From positions 86,110-110,109 of the forward strand of contig NZ_JBBHKR010000064.1 of the NCBI RefSeq assembly GCF_037389425.1: a DNA stretch of 24,000 bases, written 5' to 3'. Shown here piece after piece: positions 18,633 through 24,000 of this stretch. The DNA is from Stygiolobus sp. CP850M (GTDB lineage Archaea; Thermoproteota; Thermoprotei_A; Sulfolobales; Sulfolobaceae). Each line of letters opens with the position of its first letter. The stretch's first letter is position 1. The notes under the pieces are model-generated. The model searched no databases and was not told where the DNA came from. It was given only the letters and a program-made list of their open reading frames with translations. Both the position numbers and the translations under genes were made by a program.

Positions 18633-18672
18633 TCGACATTTGTCGATTAGATTATAGTCATTTGTCGAAAAT
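18633..18672 (+). promoter_or_regulatory. Candidate operator: direct and inverted repeats upstream of HMG-CoA synthase promoter
   Basis: TCGACATTTGTCGA (18633-18646) and CATTTGTCGAAAAT (18659-18672); CATTTGTCGA repeated with 22-nt period, TTTTCGACA/TGTCGAAAA form an inverted pair, directly upstream of TTATAATTA (18674-18682). Confidence 0.5.
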
Positions 18673-18705
18673 CTTATAATTAAAGCTCTTACATTCCATT
18701 TATCA

Positions 18706-19752
18706 ATGAAAAGTGGAATAATAGGATGGGGTAGTTATATTCCTAGATATAGAATTAGGTCTGAGGAAATAGCTGAGCTATGGGGCATTGAAAAGGAGGT
18801 TGTAAAAAGCCTCGGATTGTCAGAAAAGGCTGTTCCTTCAGCAGATGAGGATTCTACTACAATGGCATGGGAAGCCTCTAGAAATGCCTTAGCTAGAGCT
18901 AGAATTGATCCCTCAGAGATTAACCTTGTATTGTTCGGCTCTGAATCTAAAGTTTATGCCGTTAAGCCTACTGCTACTATTTTACTAGATTCATTAGGTA
19001 TCTCTCATAATACTCTAAGTGCCGATTTAGAATTTGCTTGCAGAGCAGCTTCAGCCGGTTTAAGACTTGCTTCTAGTATGGTTGAAGCTGGTAAGATTAA
19101 GTACGGCTTAGTAATTGGTAGTGATACTGCACAATCAAATCCTGGCGATGTTCTAGAACTTAGTTCAGCCTCGGCTGCAGTAGCCTATGTAGTTGGAAGA
19201 GACAACGAATCCGCAGCAGTTATCGAAGCTTCTACCTCCTTCTCTACCGATACTCCGGATTTCTGGAGGAGAGATGGTATGCCGTATCCACTTCATGGCG
19301 AAGGATTTACCGGTGAACCTGCTTACTTTTATCATATAATGTCTGCGGTGAAGAACCTTCTCGATGAGAATGGGTACAAAATTTCTGACTTTGATTACTT
19401 TGTATTTCACCAGCCTAATGGTAAGTTTCCTATACAAGTTGCAAAGAAATTGAATGTTCCGTTAGAAAAAGTAAAGGCCGGATTAGTATCTCCATATATT
19501 GGTAATCCCTATAACGCTTCTGCTTTGTTAGGTCTGGCAAAAGTGCTTGATATTGCGAAACCTGGTGAAAGAATATTAACAGCTCCCTTTGGAAGCGGTG
19601 CAGGAAGTGATGCCTTCAGCATATTAGTAACGGATAAAATCTCTGAGAGGCAAAAGCTAGCCCCGAGTGTAGAATATTATATGAATAGGAAAAAGGTTAT
19701 TCCTTATTCGTTATATGCAAAAACGACCAATAAGTTCAAGGTGTATGAATAA
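18706..19752 (+). CDS. Hydroxymethylglutaryl-CoA synthase
   Basis: [27 protein letters not shown] with catalytic Cys, [11 protein letters not shown] with catalytic His, [11 protein letters not shown]. Confidence 0.95.
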   Translation: MKSGIIGWGSYIPRYRIRSEEIAELWGIEKEVVKSLGLSEKAVPSADEDSTTMAWEASRNALARARIDPSEINLVLFGSESKVYAVKPTATILLDSLGISHNTLSADLEFACRAASAGLRLASSMVEAGKIKYGLVIGSDTAQSNPGDVLELSSASAAVAYVVGRDNESAAVIEASTSFSTDTPDFWRRDGMPYPLHGEGFTGEPAYFYHIMSAVKNLLDENGYKISDFDYFVFHQPNGKFPIQVAKKLNVPLEKVKAGLVSPYIGNPYNASALLGLAKVLDIAKPGERILTAPFGSGAGSDAFSILVTDKISERQKLAPSVEYYMNRKKVIPYSLYAKTTNKFKVYE

Positions 19753-20849
19753 TGGTCTCAATAGTAGGTAGTGGTCTCATAAAAATTGATAGGTACTATG
19801 AATTTTCTGAAACGGATCTAGTCATTGAAGCTTACAAGAATTTAATATTAAAAGTAAAGGAAATGCCTTCATCAATTGATGCTTTAATTTTAGCCAGCAC
19901 GTATAGTGATACCTTGTCTAAGAATCTTATGTTAGCCTTCAAACTTTCCAACAAGTTAGGCATTAAAACCTCTATATCGTTTAGAGTTGAAAATGGGGAT
20001 AACGGTGGTTCGGCAGTATTAGCAGCATATTCGTTAATCAAATCTGGTATTGCTAATAGTGTTCTGCTAATAGGTGTGGATAAGTTTTCGGATTATCCGT
20101 CAAAGTACGTTAATGATGTCATCTCTTATAATTTGGGTAATGAATACCAATATCAAGTAGGATTAACTCCTCATGCACATGCTGCCTTACTAATGAAGAG
20201 GTATATGAAAAAGTTCAGCAAAGACTATGATTACTTTACAAAATGGCCTTTAAAGATGCACGAAAACGCTGTGGAGAATCCTTATGCGTATCTTAGATTT
20301 AAAGTAGATAAAAAGGTAATAATGGATTCGCAGATAGTTGCTGAACCCTTGCGTTTGTTTGATGTAGCTGCAAGGGCTGATGGTGCTTCAGTAGTTCTGA
20401 TAACATCTGATGAATTGTCAAGGAAATTCACTGATACAACTGTAAGGATAGAAAACATCGTGAGCAGTAATTTACCTTTAGATCTTGCTAGTGTGAGAAT
20501 AAACTCTGTAAGAGATGTTGCAAAGAAGCTCACGGCTAAAATGAGTAGTAATGATATTTACGAGATCCACGATTCTTATAGTATCTTAGCTACGTTAGAG
20601 CTAGAGTCCTTAGGTCTTGCTAAGGACGGTAACGGATTGGACAATCTAGATAATGTAAACGTAAATCTAGGTGGTGGTCTTAAAGCAAGAGGCTATCCGG
20701 GCTCGGCTGCTGCGATATATCAGTTAGCTGAGTTATATTTACATTTAATTGGAGAACATCCAAGAGGTAAAATAGATGCAGAAAGAGGATTTTTATTGTC
20801 TACAGACGATCTTGGTAATTCTTCTCATCTAGTTGCTCTGATGAGGTGA
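19752..20849 (+). CDS. Thiolase-fold protein of the mevalonate cluster, lacking catalytic Cys residues
   Basis: Thiolase-like order of motifs (GDNGGSAVLAA, YEIHDSYS, NLGGGLKARGYPGSAAAIYQL), between HMG-CoA synthase and a DUF35 protein; no cysteine in 365 aa. Confidence 0.85.
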   Translation: MVSIVGSGLIKIDRYYEFSETDLVIEAYKNLILKVKEMPSSIDALILASTYSDTLSKNLMLAFKLSNKLGIKTSISFRVENGDNGGSAVLAAYSLIKSGIANSVLLIGVDKFSDYPSKYVNDVISYNLGNEYQYQVGLTPHAHAALLMKRYMKKFSKDYDYFTKWPLKMHENAVENPYAYLRFKVDKKVIMDSQIVAEPLRLFDVAARADGASVVLITSDELSRKFTDTTVRIENIVSSNLPLDLASVRINSVRDVAKKLTAKMSSNDIYEIHDSYSILATLELESLGLAKDGNGLDNLDNVNVNLGGGLKARGYPGSAAAIYQLAELYLHLIGEHPRGKIDAERGFLLSTDDLGNSSHLVALMR

Positions 20850-21268
20850 AATATATGAAAATAAGTCCATCTCAAAGTTGGAGACTAAAAAATACGTTAT
20901 ACTCTCTAACTCTAGGAATATGCAAGAAATGTGGGAACGTGTTCTATCCGTATCAAAGTATATGTGGAAATTGTGGCTCTGTAGACGTAGAAAAGGTTAA
21001 GGCTAAGGGGACAGGTACTTTACTCGAATACACAGTCCTTTATCAAACAAGGGAGGGGTTCGAAAAGCAAGTCCCTATAATAGTAGGTCTCATTAGGTTA
21101 GATGAGGGTTTAGATATAGTTGCCCCCTTGACAGACGTAGAAGCCAATGAATTAAAAGAGGGTGTTAGAGTTGAGGCTGTGTTAAGAAGGCTGAGGTCTG
21201 ATTCCACTAATGGCTTAATACAGTACGGGATAAAATTTAGAGTGATAGATAATGCAGGAAACAATTAA
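20846..21268 (+). CDS. DUF35 OB-fold / zinc-ribbon protein (acyl-CoA-binding partner of thiolase and HMG-CoA synthase)
   Basis: [20 protein letters not shown] followed by OB-fold [44 protein letters not shown]. Confidence 0.93.
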   Translation: MKYMKISPSQSWRLKNTLYSLTLGICKKCGNVFYPYQSICGNCGSVDVEKVKAKGTGTLLEYTVLYQTREGFEKQVPIIVGLIRLDEGLDIVAPLTDVEANELKEGVRVEAVLRRLRSDSTNGLIQYGIKFRVIDNAGNN

Positions 21269-22487
21269 TAATATTGTTGAGAAAGTAATAAAGGGCGAGA
21301 TCCAACTTCATGAAATAGATAATTTTTTAGAAGCAAATGCTGCGATGGTAGCTAGAAGACTAGCTATAGAAAGATTAACTAACTCAAACTTACCTTCGAT
21401 AGGTTCTACAATTTTAGATTATGCTGAAATTAAGAATAGAAATGCAGAGAATGTAATAGGAGCTGTTCAAGTACCTATGGGTGTTATAGGTCCTTTAAGA
21501 GTTAATGGTGATTATGCTAGGGGAGAATTCTATGTACCTTTAGCTACAACAGAGGGAGCCTTGATAGCCAGCGTTAACCGTGGTGTAAAGGCCGTAACCT
21601 TAAGTGGAGGTACAAGAGTTAAGATAATTTTTGACGGAATGGCAAGGGCTCCAGTTTTCAAATTGGATAGTATAATTGATGTTGTAGATTTTATAGATTG
21701 GGTAAAGAAACATTATGAAGATTTGAAACATATAGCAGAGTCTACAACCTCTCATGGAAAATTAATTTCCGTAGAGCCTTACGTTTTAGGTAATAATGTG
21801 TGGTTGAGGTTTATTTACGATACTGGTGACGCGATGGGTATGAATATGGCTACTATTGCTACAGAGAAAGTGTGTGAATATATTGAGGAGAACTTTGGAA
21901 GGGCTAGGTGTTTAGCAGTTAGCGGTAACATGTGTAGTGATAAGAAGCAATCAATAGTAAATAGCCTTCACGGTAGAGGGAAAACCGTAGTAGCTGAGGC
22001 TTTAATCCCTAACGATATTATCACAAAGGTTTTGAAATCAGATAAGAACTTAATTCATGAGGTCAATTTGAGAAAGAATTGGGCTGGTGGAGCTAGGGCA
22101 GGAACGTTCTTTCAATATAACGCTCACTTTGCAAATATAATTGCGGCCATTTTCTTGGCAACTGGTCAAGATATGGCTCAAGTAGTTGAAAGTAGCAGCG
22201 GTTACACGTGGACTGAAGTCAGAGAAAACGGAATTTACATATCTGTAACTCTAACTTCTCTTGAAGTAGGGACCGTAGGAGGAGGTACTAGATTACCTAC
22301 ACAGAGAGAAGCACTTTCTATAATGGGCGTTTACGGTAGTGGTAACCCGCCTGGTAGCAATGCTAAGAAATTCGCTGAAATAATAGCTTCTACAGTGTTG
22401 GCTGGTGAGCTTAACTTGTTATCAGCACTAGCCAATAAAGAATTGGGGAAGGCACATCTTAAGCTAGGTAGGGCTGCGAAAGTTTAA
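21252..22487 (+). CDS. hmgA: 3-hydroxy-3-methylglutaryl-CoA reductase (class I)
   Basis: [77 protein letters not shown]. Confidence 0.97.
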   Translation: MQETINNIVEKVIKGEIQLHEIDNFLEANAAMVARRLAIERLTNSNLPSIGSTILDYAEIKNRNAENVIGAVQVPMGVIGPLRVNGDYARGEFYVPLATTEGALIASVNRGVKAVTLSGGTRVKIIFDGMARAPVFKLDSIIDVVDFIDWVKKHYEDLKHIAESTTSHGKLISVEPYVLGNNVWLRFIYDTGDAMGMNMATIATEKVCEYIEENFGRARCLAVSGNMCSDKKQSIVNSLHGRGKTVVAEALIPNDIITKVLKSDKNLIHEVNLRKNWAGGARAGTFFQYNAHFANIIAAIFLATGQDMAQVVESSSGYTWTEVRENGIYISVTLTSLEVGTVGGGTRLPTQREALSIMGVYGSGNPPGSNAKKFAEIIASTVLAGELNLLSALANKELGKAHLKLGRAAKV

Positions 22488-22494
22488 ATTTTTT
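22483..22494 (+). promoter_or_regulatory. TATA-like element of glyA overlapping the end of the HMG-CoA reductase gene
   Basis: TTTAAATTTTTT about 26 nt upstream of the glyA ATG at 22513, consistent with a leaderless transcript. Confidence 0.5.
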
Positions 22495-22512
22495 ATAACC
22501 TATTTTTACCTA

Positions 22513-23814
22513 ATGCCTCAAGTTCCCGAAGAACTTCAAAAAATCATAGAAATAACCAGAGAACAGAATAGGTGGCGAAGACTAGAAACGTTAAACTTAA
22601 TTCCATCAGAAAACGTGATGAGCCCTTTAGCTGAAACGGTTTATATGAGCGATTTTATGTCAAGATATGCTGAAGGTAAGCCATATAAGAGGTTCTACCA
22701 AGGTACTAAATACGTAGATGAAATAGAAACTCTAGCTATGAAATTAATGAATGAAATAACTAATTCTGTTCACTGTGATTTAAGGCCAATAAGCGGTACC
22801 TTAGCTAATGCGGAAGTATTCAAGGTCTTGGCTAACCCTGGAGATAAAGCTCTTATAGCTCCAGTTCAGGCTGGTGCGCATGTAAGTCATACTAGATTTG
22901 GTACACTAGGCGCTCTAGGCATAGAGCAAATAGAACTACCTTACGATCCTGAGAATATGAATGTAGATGTTGATAAGGCAATTAAAATGATCGAGCAAGT
23001 TAAACCTAAATTTGTAGTGTTGGGTGGTAGCTTATACTTATTCCCACATCCTTCTAAAGAACTGGCACCTCATGTTCATGCTGTAAATTCCAGGCTTATT
23101 TACGATGCTGCTCACGTTTACGGTTTAATCACTGGAAAAGCATGGCATAATCCGCTATTAGAAGGAGCAGACATCATGACTTCATCGACACATAAGACTT
23201 TTCCAGGTCCCCAAGGTGGCGCAATATTTATCAATGACGATGAGCTATACAAAAAAGTAAGTGATACGATATTTCCATGGTTTGTAAGTAATCATCATTT
23301 GCATAGACTACCTAGTGTAGCGGTTACCGCACTTGAAATGAAATACTTCGGAGAGGATTATGCAAAGCAAATTGTGAGAAATGCTAAAGCGTTTGCTGAG
23401 GCATTGGCAGCTGAAGGATTTAAGGTTGTTGGAGAGCATTTAGGGTATACGAAAAGTCATCAAGTTGCGATAGACGTAAGGAATCTGGGAGGAGGAGCTA
23501 AGGTTGCAAAAATGTTTGAAGATGCAAACATAATTACTAACAAAAACTTATTGCCTTACGACCCACCTAGTGCTGTAAAGGATCCAAGTGGTATTAGGCT
23601 AGGAGTACAAGAAATGACTAGATACGGTGTTAAGGAAGAAGATATGGCTGAAATTGCCAAGTTTATGAGAGAGGTAGCAATAGACAAAAAGGATGTCTCA
23701 GAAGTAAAGAAAAAGGTGATAGAGTTCAGAAAGAGATTCCTTACCGTTAAGTACACATTTGATTTAGATTTAGGACAATTCTCAAATGGTAAGGCTATTC
23801 CTCTGTTAATCTAA
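22513..23814 (+). CDS. glyA: Serine hydroxymethyltransferase
   Basis: [59 protein letters not shown] (PLP lysine). Confidence 0.97.
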   Translation: MPQVPEELQKIIEITREQNRWRRLETLNLIPSENVMSPLAETVYMSDFMSRYAEGKPYKRFYQGTKYVDEIETLAMKLMNEITNSVHCDLRPISGTLANAEVFKVLANPGDKALIAPVQAGAHVSHTRFGTLGALGIEQIELPYDPENMNVDVDKAIKMIEQVKPKFVVLGGSLYLFPHPSKELAPHVHAVNSRLIYDAAHVYGLITGKAWHNPLLEGADIMTSSTHKTFPGPQGGAIFINDDELYKKVSDTIFPWFVSNHHLHRLPSVAVTALEMKYFGEDYAKQIVRNAKAFAEALAAEGFKVVGEHLGYTKSHQVAIDVRNLGGGAKVAKMFEDANIITNKNLLPYDPPSAVKDPSGIRLGVQEMTRYGVKEEDMAEIAKFMREVAIDKKDVSEVKKKVIEFRKRFLTVKYTFDLDLGQFSNGKAIPLLI

Positions 23815-23843
23815 TTTTTTTCCTTTCTTTATTTCTTTTTTAA
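23813..23843 (+). terminator. Poly-T / pyrimidine-rich termination region after glyA
   Basis: Several T runs (TTTTTTTCCTTTCTTTATTTCTTTTTT) between convergent genes, typical of crenarchaeal terminators. Confidence 0.5.
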
Positions 23844-23860
23844 AATTATTCAAACTAATT

Positions 23861-24000
23861 TTATCTGACTAGAATAACTGTAGTGGTAGCGTTAAGGGCT
23901 ACGGACATAGCTACAGAACCTATATTTAACTCGCTGTTTATTGATAACCCTCTGGCTCCCATGATTACCGCGTCGTATGTGTTTTCACTTAAATACTTTA
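23861..24000 (-). CDS. C-terminus of a universal stress protein (UspA family), truncated by the window edge
   Basis: Minus strand: KYLSENTYDAVIMGARGLSINSELNIGSVAMSVALNATTTVILVR*; the GARG...GSVA...V.LVR pattern is typical of Usp C-termini. Confidence 0.85.
   Translation of the reverse strand, partial: KYLSENTYDAVIMGARGLSINSELNIGSVAMSVALNATTTVILVR

Noticed and set aside
19165-20533. Antisense ORFs over the HMG-CoA synthase and thiolase-like genes
   Set aside because: Fully contained on the opposite strand of confidently coding sequence.
23556-23756. 66-aa minus-strand ORF inside glyA
   Set aside because: Antisense shadow ORF with no supporting signal.
1-24000. CRISPR arrays, transposons or a defence island
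   Set aside because: No regularly spaced repeats, transposase, Cas-like or restriction-like proteins were found; content is housekeeping.

Overview
This is a compact core-genome segment from a member of the Sulfolobales (genus is inference, from gene content, codon usage and TATA-type promoters). Read start to end it holds: the 3' end of an FAD/NAD(P)-dependent oxidoreductase; an intron-containing tRNA-Thr(TGT) with a small unlisted ribbon-helix-helix ORF overlapping it antisense; an AbrB-PhoU-like regulator followed by sufC-sufB-sufD; an HSP20-like and a PAC2-family gene in line with gcvH-gcvT, divergent from split gcvPA/gcvPB; a signal peptidase I and an acidic-tailed zinc-ribbon protein; enolase; a candidate C/D box sRNA; the cdvA-cdvB-cdvC (ESCRT-III/Vps4-like) division cluster; rpiA; an intron-containing tRNA-Leu(CAA); a secreted hypothetical protein; a pyruvoyl-dependent decarboxylase (probably the crenarchaeal arginine decarboxylase); a mevalonate-pathway run (HMG-CoA synthase, thiolase-like protein, DUF35/OB-fold protein, HMG-CoA reductase); glyA; and the end of a universal stress protein. 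I see no CRISPR array, mobile element or obvious defence system. The most interesting signals are a thiolase-fold protein in the mevalonate cluster with no cysteine and a GYP in place of GHP, a CATTTGTCGA repeat/inverted-repeat operator candidate upstream of HMG-CoA synthase, the C/D box sRNA candidate between duplicated promoter-like blocks upstream of cdvA, the RHH ORF antisense to tRNA-Thr, and an AbrB-PhoU regulator in line with the Suf genes.
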